Virus record (IMG/VR): IMGVR_UViG_3300033998_000198
Coordinates: 1-64,000 of that record
Length of the DNA stretch: 64,000 nucleotides
From: a virus
Strand: one strand, 5' to 3'
Positions 43,067 through 54,600 of the stretch are shown piece after piece. The position numbers were made by a program, and so were the translations under genes. The stretch's first letter is position 1. The number at the start of each line of letters is the position of its first letter. The notes beneath the pieces are model-generated. The model worked only from the letters and a program-made list of their open reading frames with translations. It made no database searches and was not told the origin of the DNA.

Positions 43067-46000
43067 ATATCCAGAGTATCTGGGCAGACAGAGAAAATGG
43101 GCCGAAGATTATGACAGAGACGATACCGTAAAAGACGACAGCATCTTATCAAAACTGCTTATCGCTGCGGCGATAGGTGCTGCCGGATATGGTTTATATA
43201 AAAGCGGTGCATTAAGAAAGGCCATCAGTAAAGGCATTGATGAATTAGGGGAGTATAAAGGCGTTATCCCTGAAGCATTCAATGCCTTAAAAGCATGGAC
43301 TAAAACTGATGTGGATGTTCCAATCGGAAGCATATTCCGTCAGAATTTTTCCTCCTTAAAGTCTGTATCTAACTTTGTAAAGAACAAGGACATTATAAAT
43401 GACACCCTTGCCGATTTACGTGGTCTTCGTGAAATGGTTCAAAAGAGGATCGCACAGGTTAAAGATGAAGCCGACAGGATTACCAAAATGGCTGTCAAGG
43501 AAACAGACTTATTGTTTGAGATAGGTAATCTCAATGAAATGATGGATTCTGTCAAAGCAGACGATATACTGAAACGCCACCAAATGGAAATCGGAAACAA
43601 GGCACTTCAGACACTGATAGAAAAGAGAAGCGAAGGAGCTATGTCAAAGGCTGCCCAAGCAAAGCTCAAACAAAATGGATACAGGCTTCTTACTATAGGT
43701 GATGTTCTCAAGGTAGACACACAGACAAATAAACCGTTGCTTATTAACAGCACAAGCAGGTTCGAAGTAGAAGAACAGACATTAAAAGAACTGACAGATT
43801 TCTTCTCTACCTTTGAGGTAATAGACAAAAAGACCGGGAAGAAGTCTCTTGCAATCAATAACTTTGACATGATCAAAGACATCACATTCGATAGAGGACT
43901 CATGATCAATGAGTTCGGAAAGATTGCAGACATAAGGCGAGCTGACAGACACTTTGCACAGATGATGGTTTCTGCTTCGCTTGATTTTCATATACCGTTA
44001 ATAAAGATACGTCCGTTTGAAATGGTCGGACTGCATAACAAATTCATGCGTCAGGAAGTAAAATACGGTTATCTGTCTGCAAAAACATTTCAGCCAATAC
44101 TTACAGGTAAGCCCGGTCAGGAGTATCTCGGCAAGAGCATGGTGTTCATGCACGGTAATGTATTTGACATAGATAAAAACGGTAACATGAAATTAGTTGC
44201 CCAGGGAGGTAAACTGCTCCATATTCGTGACGACGCAAACGTTGGATATGGAATCAGCAAACACGCCGATATCATAAGAAAAATGGCAAACCTTCAGAAT
44301 GTACACTTCCAGACGTACACAGCCGAGGACGGACGAATCAAGGCGGCTTACTCTAAAGTGATGGAATGGTTCGGGCTTGGTTTCCAGGACAAGAAGATAT
44401 CAACGGAATTTGAACTCTTTAAGCCTTCAACATGGGATTCTCTACTTAATAAATGGCAGCCGTTCAGGCCATACAAATCCTCATTTGTAACAAGACCGCA
44501 GGATTCTTTCGGACATTCTCCGACAGGTCCTACGTATTTGTTTATGTATCAAGGCAAGACATTTAAAGACGTAATGCAAGGCAGCGTATCTATAGAGGAT
44601 TTCTTCAAGCAGTTTGTTGCAGGAAGAAAGAACTTGAAGAATGTAACTACGGCAACAATGGTTCCGTATCATCTTCTTGACCGTCTCAGCAACTCGCTGA
44701 GAGCTGTTAGTGCAGGTGGTATTAGCCTTGGCTTAAAGACAGAAGACCTTGGATCGGTCCAGGATATCTTCAAGAACTTGATGCTAAAGCGTATACTTCC
44801 GGTTTATCTTGGCATACAGGCTTGGATATACATAAATAACAAAGAAGAAGGCAAACAGCCTGAAGACAAGATTGCAAATACTGTTGTAAACCTCGACCTT
44901 GCATGGCATGGAGTAAAAGACAGGCTCGGCCTTACATCTTGGGCAAAACGTGTATCTCAGCTTATGCCAGGAGGAGAGCAGATAAGTGACATTCCCGGTC
45001 TTGGAGTTCTCGATATGACTTCAACCAGGGAGGAAAAAGAACAATGGTACAAGACTGGTATGGAGCCAATTCGTAAAGGGCGTTACTGGAGTCTTGGCAA
45101 TACTCCATTTACTGGAGGCAAGATAGAATATTATGCACCAAATTGGTACAGAAGGGTAATCAGCGATTACAAGTGGACAGATTCACAGTGGGGAAGTCGG
45201 GATGAATACTTTGCAAATGCTCCATTTCCGACTCCAAAATATCCTTTCGCTCCAATACGGCACTTTATTACTGACCCGTATCATTGGGAGAAAAAGCATT
45301 ATCATGACAGACCATATATGCTGTCGTCTCCGGCATTCAGTAATGTACCAATAGTAGGTCCTGTACTCAGTGCAACTCTTGGCCGGCTGTTAAAACCACA
45401 GATTCGCATGCATCCTGAAGCATGGGCACCAAAACTTGAAGGGTATTCGGTCGTGGATCAAGGAACAGGAGATAACACCGGTACTGTTCTTCCTGACCAA
45501 TTGGTTGCAACAAATAGGTTTCCTGGAACTGAAATCACAGTTGTCCCTGAAGCAGAAATGGGACAGAAGCCGCTTGATTCATTGTTTCATTGGAGCAGGA
45601 AACCGAAGACCAATACAAATGATATTATATATGTTACGCCAAGCGGGCAAACAAGCATTGTCAGCATACCTAACAGCATCTCAATCAAGGATTTGAACGA
45701 CCAATTACGTAAAGAATCAATCAGGAAAGTCCGTGGTGCGTCTGAGAAACGTGATGGTGGTCTGATTAAAGATAACGCTGTTGCAAAACAACTCATCAGC
45801 AATATCGAGAATACGTTAAATGACCAATACGATGTATTCTCTGAAATTGGAGGTATATATGGATTCGGTATCAATGCTCTTATAGGTAATGGTTCTGATG
45901 TTGGTGGTGTGGAAATCGAAACACCCGCCTATGCGACATCCTTAAATAAAGCATTCTGGGATCAGGATCTCGGTGGACTTGGTGGAGAATTCTCTGAAAT

Positions 46001-48617
46001 CTATCGTAGGTTTATACCAAAGAGAAGGCGTGAGATTGAATATTACAATCCAATCAGAAACACCATGCCTACATGGATGCCGGGAACAGATTATTTTACA
46101 GACTTCCAGCATGGTGATCCTTACGCCAAGATTAAACGTGGAGAAGCAAGACTTCCTGGAGAAGGGTATGAGAAGCTATATGGAATCAGAGACCCTATGG
46201 AGCTCGGAATAGGTTCGTCGTTTATAGGTAAATCAGTTGATGATATCGTTAAACATTTCTTACACCAGGACGAAATCATAGACGAAGACCAGCTTGATAT
46301 TGTGCAATCTGGTACAGATTTTCATGAGAAAGTTCAGTCGGCATGGAAAAAGAAAGGCTTGCTTCTTGATGCAGAAGTTGAAGTTAATGACAGGAAACAC
46401 AATGTCATTGGATTCTATGATGCACGTATTCTTGATGAATCTTCACCAACAGGCGACGCTATTGCTGAAATAAAGACAATCAACGATAATGGGTTTAAGG
46501 AACTTGACAAAAAAGGGCCAATGGATTACCACCAGAAACAGCTTAACTTCTATCTGTGGGCAACACATAGGCCAAAAGGTTATATTTATTACATCAACAG
46601 GGATCATCCGGAACAGGAAGCAAAAATATTCCCTATGGCATATGACCAGAAGATGATGGAAGAAACATTCAAGAATCTTGAGCAAGCCAGGAAGATCATC
46701 AAAGACAAAATAGCCTTAAATGAGATCCAAAGAGGAGACTTGTACGATTACTTTGACAGGTTCCGCATACTTGCAGATGTAGCACCATACTCAAAAGAGT
46801 TCAAAGAATACAGGGCTTTGATAAGCAAGATGCAGCTAACCAAGGAACAAGAGGCTGAAGCAAAGGAAATACGTAAGCGTGTAATTGAACAAAACAAACC
46901 GCTTAGGATATATCCTTATAAATTCCAGACTTCAAACATAAAAGTACAGACTGTAACTGTAAAACGCAAGATAGACAACGAGAAGTTCCTTACATATGAG
47001 TTCCCTGACAACCCAATAGAGCTTGCCGGCGTTAATCTTCCTAACAGCAAAACTTCCAAAGAAGGGAGGGCAGCAACTCAGTTTATTGACCGGTTTATCC
47101 ATGAAGGAGCCAGGATACAGGTCGGAGTTGATGCAGACCCGTTGAACCTTATACAGGATAACACTTATAAGACGATCAAAGCTGTCGTATACTCAGGCAA
47201 GACAAACATCAACCGCACGGCAATACAGCAGGGAGTAGGAAAGGAAAATGAAGATGACTTCTCGCCTGCCGGTGTTCATGCTCGTTTTACCGAAGGTGAA
47301 ATCAGATTCGGCAAAGTATGGGAGAAATTCGCTCACTTGAATACTATGTTCCATATAAAGTTCTTGCAGGTAAGGTCTGCACTTGAGAGTTATGAACGCA
47401 GGGATTTATACGGCAAAGACTTTCAAAGATGGGAGCATCCTATCCGGGACTTCCTCCGCCCAGCAATCGACCAGAATATAAACAACAAGTATGGAATACT
47501 GGTTGGCGGTTTGGTCGGCTCATTGTTTGGCCGTACACTTTATGGTAAAATTATAGGAGCAACAGTTGGTGTTGCAGTAATTGGTTCAGGTAAGGCATAC
47601 AAGAAAGCATATGAATTAATTTCAGGTGAGAAATGGATACCTGAACGCAGGGAAAAAGAACGTGATTTAAACGAATACATTGACATCCTGAAATTTATCA
47701 AATACAAGCGATTGTATGTTGAGTATGCACAGAAATCAAAACTCAAGGAGAACTTTGATGTTCAGAAGTTCCTTGACGCTCAGAAAGCTCGTGGTGAAAA
47801 AAATAAAGCAAGAATCAAGGATCTTGAAGAAGCAAAGAGGTTAATAAAAATCAAGGGCGACAGTGCAATACGGTCGATGTATAAACAGTATAGACCAAAA
47901 TACGGCACCCCAGGAATGAACGTGGACGAGATGATATCTGCAATCAACAAAGAAATGACAGAACTCATGAATGAACGAAAGGCCGTTAAAGTTCCAAAGA
48001 TTGCACAAAAGGCCATTGCATACTACAACTTATCAGAGAAGACCATGTACGGATACGATGTCGGAGAGCCTATCCAAAACATCCTGGCCGCAATGCCAAA
48101 GAAGGATAGACAGTATCTCAGTTACTTTATGAAAGCTCCGGAAGAAGAACGCATGAAGATTCTTGAGGTGGCTCCACGGTATGTCCGCAGGGTTCTCGAA
48201 CAAACATGGGGGCTGCCTGTTGAGGGCAAACCAGATCTTATTCAGTATTTCAAGCACCATCAACTTCCAGGACCTGACTGGGAAGGATGGGATGAAAACA
48301 TAAACCTGGATCTGGTTAAAGTTAAAATGGTTCGTAATGAAGCCCTTGATATTTCAGATTTTAATATCTGGGAAGACGACGTGCAGCAGGCAAAAGCAAT
48401 GGGACCTATTCCGCTGCCTAAACTATATATAAGTGACTATGCAGAGAAGGTAAAGGCAAAACTCGAAGATCTACTGCACGGAATAGGACTAAACGACGTA
48501 TCTGTAAGCTATTCTCTATCATCAAAGGATATTGATGTAGATATAGACCTGCAAAGAGACAAAAAGAAAGAGATAGAGAGGTACATTAACGAAAAAGGTG
48601 CATCTCTATTCCAATAG
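43026..48617 (+). CDS. Tape-measure-position protein with a PD-(D/E)XK nuclease and an SNase-like domain
   Basis: 1863 aa directly after the chaperones; Gly/Ala hydrophobic stretches; motifs GTDFH1100, E1117, D1132, E1148-I-K1150 and Q1172LNFY; SNase-like segment at ~46950-47260. Confidence 0.75.
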   Translation: MRSDDRWREHLRGKYPEYLGRQRKWAEDYDRDDTVKDDSILSKLLIAAAIGAAGYGLYKSGALRKAISKGIDELGEYKGVIPEAFNALKAWTKTDVDVPIGSIFRQNFSSLKSVSNFVKNKDIINDTLADLRGLREMVQKRIAQVKDEADRITKMAVKETDLLFEIGNLNEMMDSVKADDILKRHQMEIGNKALQTLIEKRSEGAMSKAAQAKLKQNGYRLLTIGDVLKVDTQTNKPLLINSTSRFEVEEQTLKELTDFFSTFEVIDKKTGKKSLAINNFDMIKDITFDRGLMINEFGKIADIRRADRHFAQMMVSASLDFHIPLIKIRPFEMVGLHNKFMRQEVKYGYLSAKTFQPILTGKPGQEYLGKSMVFMHGNVFDIDKNGNMKLVAQGGKLLHIRDDANVGYGISKHADIIRKMANLQNVHFQTYTAEDGRIKAAYSKVMEWFGLGFQDKKISTEFELFKPSTWDSLLNKWQPFRPYKSSFVTRPQDSFGHSPTGPTYLFMYQGKTFKDVMQGSVSIEDFFKQFVAGRKNLKNVTTATMVPYHLLDRLSNSLRAVSAGGISLGLKTEDLGSVQDIFKNLMLKRILPVYLGIQAWIYINNKEEGKQPEDKIANTVVNLDLAWHGVKDRLGLTSWAKRVSQLMPGGEQISDIPGLGVLDMTSTREEKEQWYKTGMEPIRKGRYWSLGNTPFTGGKIEYYAPNWYRRVISDYKWTDSQWGSRDEYFANAPFPTPKYPFAPIRHFITDPYHWEKKHYHDRPYMLSSPAFSNVPIVGPVLSATLGRLLKPQIRMHPEAWAPKLEGYSVVDQGTGDNTGTVLPDQLVATNRFPGTEITVVPEAEMGQKPLDSLFHWSRKPKTNTNDIIYVTPSGQTSIVSIPNSISIKDLNDQLRKESIRKVRGASEKRDGGLIKDNAVAKQLISNIENTLNDQYDVFSEIGGIYGFGINALIGNGSDVGGVEIETPAYATSLNKAFWDQDLGGLGGEFSEIYRRFIPKRRREIEYYNPIRNTMPTWMPGTDYFTDFQHGDPYAKIKRGEARLPGEGYEKLYGIRDPMELGIGSSFIGKSVDDIVKHFLHQDEIIDEDQLDIVQSGTDFHEKVQSAWKKKGLLLDAEVEVNDRKHNVIGFYDARILDESSPTGDAIAEIKTINDNGFKELDKKGPMDYHQKQLNFYLWATHRPKGYIYYINRDHPEQEAKIFPMAYDQKMMEETFKNLEQARKIIKDKIALNEIQRGDLYDYFDRFRILADVAPYSKEFKEYRALISKMQLTKEQEAEAKEIRKRVIEQNKPLRIYPYKFQTSNIKVQTVTVKRKIDNEKFLTYEFPDNPIELAGVNLPNSKTSKEGRAATQFIDRFIHEGARIQVGVDADPLNLIQDNTYKTIKAVVYSGKTNINRTAIQQGVGKENEDDFSPAGVHARFTEGEIRFGKVWEKFAHLNTMFHIKFLQVRSALESYERRDLYGKDFQRWEHPIRDFLRPAIDQNINNKYGILVGGLVGSLFGRTLYGKIIGATVGVAVIGSGKAYKKAYELISGEKWIPERREKERDLNEYIDILKFIKYKRLYVEYAQKSKLKENFDVQKFLDAQKARGEKNKARIKDLEEAKRLIKIKGDSAIRSMYKQYRPKYGTPGMNVDEMISAINKEMTELMNERKAVKVPKIAQKAIAYYNLSEKTMYGYDVGEPIQNILAAMPKKDRQYLSYFMKAPEEERMKILEVAPRYVRRVLEQTWGLPVEGKPDLIQYFKHHQLPGPDWEGWDENINLDLVKVKMVRNEALDISDFNIWEDDVQQAKAMGPIPLPKLYISDYAEKVKAKLEDLLHGIGLNDVSVSYSLSSKDIDVDIDLQRDKKKEIERYINEKGASLFQ

Positions 48618-48628
48618 GGGGTTAAAGC

Positions 48629-51600
48629 ATGGCAATTAGACCGGTAATGAGTGCTAATATGAACAGTAACCTGAAGATGAACAGGTATAGTGATTTCTTC
48701 AATGGCATGGATGAAGAAAAGATTGACGCATATAAAAACGTCCGTGGAATGATAGATGAGTTAAAAGGTACTGAAGCCGACGTATCATTAAAGGACTTTT
48801 ATTTCAAGTCATTCAATGCAGGAGTAATGGATTATAACATTCCTGCACTTGAGCAAGGCATGAATATGTTTAATGATATGCTGGACGCCGGTGCCGGTTC
48901 TGTGTACGCAATGGACCTTGAAACTCTCGGCAACCCTTTTGGTGATGCATCAGAAAAGGGTTTGTTTGCCATTACAGAAATGACTCTTACCAAGAAAGAT
49001 CTCGCAACAGGTACTGTCCTTGACGTACAAAACGTCCTGTTCGGCCTTACTGAAGAACAAAGGCTTGCTTACGAAAATCTGATTGCCAGAGCTGAACTCG
49101 GATACAACTCATTGACCAGTTCAGAAAAGGCAACTATAGAACGTCTTGCAAGGTATGGAGCAAAGGATACTAAGATTATTAACAGAGGAGGCAAAGCAAT
49201 ACTTGCCAACCTCGGTATAGCTAATCCTATGGATCTTACCGCAGCAAAGAAGGGTTTAAATAGACTTGTAGATATAGGTCCCGGGCAGGCATGGGGTAGC
49301 CAGTTTGCCCGTGACCAGCTAATCATTGCATCAAATCACTTAAATCAGATAAAAGGCCCAAACAATATTTTGTTCACACACAACGGCAGCAAGTTTGATA
49401 TGCCTGCTTTTAACGAAGCATTACGTATGCATGGTATTAGCAATACAATTAACGACATAAACCATGTTGACTTTCAAGCTGCCATTCATACAGCATATGG
49501 TGGAGATACACTGAATCTTCACTTAACAGCCCGTGAAACAAACGGTGTAAAAGGTAAGATTAAAGGGGCTCTTGAAACTCTTGATAAACTTGCAGAATCT
49601 TTTGGTATAAGGACTCACGCCCATGTTGCCTCAAACGACAACAGGACGTTGATTAACCTTTTAACTGCTCCGTACAGGAAAACTGAGCATGGTACAATCA
49701 ATCTTGGCCAGGACTTAAAGTCCAGACTGAATGCATATTCAGTTCTGTCAAAACACCAGGACATTGATCCAAGCACTGTTGCTGACAAGGTTATATTCGT
49801 AAAGAATGCCGTATATACAAATGGTCTTGACTACATAAAAACAAGTGAAGGAATCAAACCTTACGGAGACTGGCCATTACAAAGGAATAATTTCTATAGG
49901 ATTGAAAATGTCGGGAAAGTAAATATCAAAGACACCGCTTCTTTGCGGAAGATAGGCATAAATGTGCCTGCCGGAAGCACTGGAAGTGATCTTTATTATA
50001 TGACACTACGCAATGTGGCTACCGGTAAAGAAGAAGAAACAATAAATATAGTACGTAGTTCAAGAGAAGAACTTCAGGCATTGTTCCAGAAAAATCTTGA
50101 GGTGTTCCGGTACACTAAAGACCTTAAAGATATAAGTTCAGACCTTGACGCAAAGATGGCATTGCAAAACCAGATTGTAAGCCAGGCAATGATTGATGAA
50201 ACGACAAGGCTTGCCACAAGGGACAATGCAAGACGTAAGTTTGAAGGTATGTTCCAGACTTCAGGTAAAGGGTTTAATTATGCCAAAGGAATGTACCAAA
50301 CCTATAATAATTTATACCAGAACGGCATTACAACAGCGGAAGAAGCGGCACTCTATATCCAAAACAATCCTACAAGTGAATTGTTAAGAGGTCTTCAGTA
50401 TAAAGGAGATATTATACCCGAACGTCGTAGTGATTTCCTTGAGATGTTCAACCTCATCAGAGATACTTCAGACACGATGACTACTGTAATCAACAGAATT
50501 GAATCCAACATCCCAGTCAAAGGAGAAGCTGGAACCGTCAAAAGGACTGTTGCTCTCGGACGTGCGTATGAGAATCTTCAGAATGCAATTATGCAAGCCT
50601 CCGGTGTTGCTGAGAACATAGCAAAGAACAGGAAGCTGATAACCCCATATCCAATGGATATTGACGTTATTAATATAGGTGTTGATGACATTCATAGAAT
50701 CACTGTAAGGGCTCGTTCTGTTGAAGAAGCAAGGATTAACATATTAAATGGAATAGACAAACTGGTAGGTACAGAGAAGAACAAGAGGGCAAGAGAAAAC
50801 AAACGAATGTTCTATCTAAGACGGCTTGCAGAGAATGTCTATGGAAAAGATTCAGAGAAGCTGGAACGTATGTTTGGTCAGCTTGACAGTGCATACTATA
50901 CTGCCGGAGAAATTGCAGGCGACCTTAACAAACAGTTCCTTGACGGAACATTAAATATCGGCCGTGACGAGATATACGCTACAGATCTTGATAGTTATGT
51001 CATCAATTCATCTACATTTGACCAGTTCATGGTTGATAATAACATTAACGTTCTTGGCTTGACCGACGCTGCAAGTGCCCATATCGGGTCTTTAACCGAG
51101 GCTTCTCTTGGCGATACAGTTGTCATGGAAAAAGGCGTGTTTACCATTAAGGATGAAAACCTTAGAAAACTCTTGATGGAGGATTATCACTATAGTGCAG
51201 ATAACGTGCACGACCTTATGAGAGGATTATATGGTAAAAGTCCGGATGGTACTGAATACGGCCTTGTCAATAAACATGGTTTGGTTGCCGAATTGTTTGT
51301 TGACGAAGAAGGGTATCTTTCTATAGCATTGACAGACAAGAAACATGCAACAGAATTATACGAATCTCTGGCAAAGAACGAGGTTCCAAAGAACGCGGCC
51401 ATATCAAGGCTTCCGCAGGTAAGCTATTATGGCGATGACACTGACCTGTTAAAGAAGGTGTCATTTGGAAGCGTTGAGAAACAGGTAACTACTGAACTTA
51501 ATACATATTATTCTCCTGGTTCGAGCGAAAGCTATTATAATAACATCAGGATAGCTGCAAGGGACACAACCAGCGAATCGCTAAACTCCCTTGTTAAACT

Positions 51601-54600
51601 CCACAGGGTTCTTCCTGACCTGATAGAAGCAGGAGAGTACGACAGAGCTTCAAGGCAGCTTACAAATACAATGGCTGCTCCTATATTTGGAGGTTCTGGT
51701 TTCTCAGGAAATACAACAGTAGCAATTGACGATATTCTTGCTGAAAAAGCTCTGCGTCCGAACGTATCCGATATTATCACGGCATCGACCGTAGATATGA
51801 CCGGACTTGTAAACTTCATCCCTGAGCTCTATAAAAGAGACGAAGAAATAAGAAATGACCTTAACCGCATACTTGTAAACAACAAAGCGATCGACGACAG
51901 ATTTATTGATAACTGGATAAGGGATATCCAGGCAGGAAACCTCAAACAATTCAGTGACATGGACATCGAGTTACGTGAATGGTACACGATGAATATGTTT
52001 GAAGGTCATAAGATACTGCATAAAATCCGCGACCTTAAAGCTGAAGGAGGACGTTTATTCCAGAAGGAAGTCTCATTACTTGACAGCTTGATTGCAAATG
52101 GAGCTTCGTTCTTTAACAAGGCTGAAAAAGTATCTGAGGGTATTGCTGTATTGGAAAATCCATTTGAGTATGTAACATATGGATTCATGAATGAGCTTTC
52201 CCGTCCTGTCGCAAGGCAATCACTTGCATTTCACGCCCTTGACCCAAGAGAACTTACAGGTGCTTCAGTTAAGCTCGAAGCGGCCGGTATGAAACTTGGA
52301 CAGACTGTAGTTACAGACAAAATGTATAACAAGTATCTGAAAAAGTATAGGTTTGAAACAGGAATTACCGGTGACATAAAGAATTTGAATGACACCGAGA
52401 TACTTGATGCAATAGAATCTCTTGACAAAGAAGAATTATACAAGAAGTATGGTAGGTCAAGAGTTGATAAGGTTATAAATGAATATAAGACAATCGGTAG
52501 TACATTCCAGCAGCACTCATTGATTAATCCGATGCTGACTGCTGACATATACAACAAACCTGAGCTTATAAAATTTGATGTGACAGGCAATAGTTTTGAG
52601 TTTGCCGAAGGGCTTGGTGTTGGTAAAAAAATCAAATCCGGTTCTTTACTCGGATACGAAATAGACGGAGAAACAAGAAGGGCTGTTGTATACAATGGTC
52701 AGGATGGAATAATCTCTGGATTTATCAACAGAAAGAACGCACAAAAAGTTGTCATAAAACCATTTAATGCACAGATAGATGAAATAAAGCTCATCATGGG
52801 AGGTGTTGAAAAATCTGTTGCATCTGTTGTAAACCGAGATGCCGAAATGCTTCCTATAGCTCAGGAAATCTGGGATAAACTATTTGGTAAGAGTACAGCG
52901 GTCGTAGGGCGATTTGAAATAGGAAAGCACGAAGCTGCAAGCATCGCATACGGTAGCACTATTACCAGAATGGCTGAAAGAGCTCTTGAGCATGGAGAAG
53001 CTGTACAGAATGAATTCGCCAATCTTTTAAACCAGAACCTTCCCGAATGGAATGGCCGATGGGAAGGAAACAAGTTTGTCATTTCAGGGAATCCGAATGC
53101 TGCCGGAGGACATTTCAGCGGCATACGAAACCTTGTTGATGCAATGAGAGATAAGGGTATTTATGATGATATCATAGCCGACTTTGACAATCCGAACACA
53201 AATACGCTGCGTACTTTGATATCTAAAGGTCAGATGTCCGAAATGTTTTCTGTCATGGAAGACGAAGCGGATATTTACGGAAAAGGTCTCAAAATTACAG
53301 ACCGTGAGTTACAGATTGCAGGTATTAGATCTGGAGAACAACCGACGGATTTCTTTTTCCAGGATGCCAACGGTAAATGGCAAAAGAAATTACAACCTGT
53401 TATTGACGCATGGCGTGAGGAAATCACACGAGAAAATATCGAGCTTGAGAACGGTAAATTACTTGAAACCAATTACAGCAAAGCAAAGAAAGACCTTAGA
53501 AATATAACCAACACATACAGTGCATTGCGTGGCGAAACACCGACAGCAGCTATTAAAGAACTTCATTTTGATGATGTAAAACCGATATTAAAAGGTGTTG
53601 ATGCTGCAACACTCGAAGATGCTTTAAAAGGGACTGTGTTTGAAGATGTTGCCGATGTGTTTAAGATTACCCTTCCAAATAATATGAAGGTCTTAAACAT
53701 GGTTACAGGCGAAATGGATGACCATATTTATATACCGTATCTGCACTCATACGATATTGACGGCAAGGTTATTACACATAACGCCCACAGAAAATCAGCA
53801 GACCTTCTAAGGATGCTTGACAGTATTGCCGAAGGCAAACTTCCTAACGGCGTAAGAAGCATGAGTCAATTACAGAGTGCATTAAATGACGCTTATGCTG
53901 AAGCTATGGCCGCATACGGGCGTGAACTGTCTGATGACAAGAACAGTATATTAAAGAGACATCTGGTGTCCGGAAGATTATCACATTCGGGACAGGGACT
54001 TGCTGGTGCTGTTGTTTCACCTGAATTATTCAAAAACGGCGAAGTAGATTCACGGCTTGCCGGAATTGTGCATAGCGATGTTGTAGAGAAGGTCGGAGAT
54101 AAAATACTCTATAAGGATGTTGCTTATACATCTGCTGAGATGCTCGAAGACATGGGTGTTAACTTTGCAGAGATAGGGCGGCAGGTTCTTGAAGACAAGA
54201 AAATACGTTCTCAGATTGGTGACGTGGACGCATTTATTGCAAGATCCGGATTTAACCGCTATGATCTTACAAAGGCACCTATAGACATTGACATGCTCCA
54301 TGAGATCATCAAGCAGAAGATACTGAAAGACAACAATCCTTATACAATAGATGATGCAAGGGAAGCCCTTGAGAACCTCACTCAGCTTGGTAAATATTAT
54401 GCAAGAGAAAAGGGTATCATGAGTATAATGCTTCGTTATCCGTCATTCTTGCAAACATCTCTTGGAGTAACAAATATCAGATTGTCTCCTTACATGCATG
54501 GTCGTAAATTCAACATCATGAGTTGGACGGCAGCAGGATTAAACGCCGACATTGACGCTGATAGACTTTCTGTATGGCTCAATCTTACAAAAACCGGAGG

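Noticed and set aside
46300-46720. Cas4/CRISPR adaptation module
   Set aside because: The Cas4 Fe-S cysteines are absent, and I saw no cas genes or repeat-spacer array in the window.
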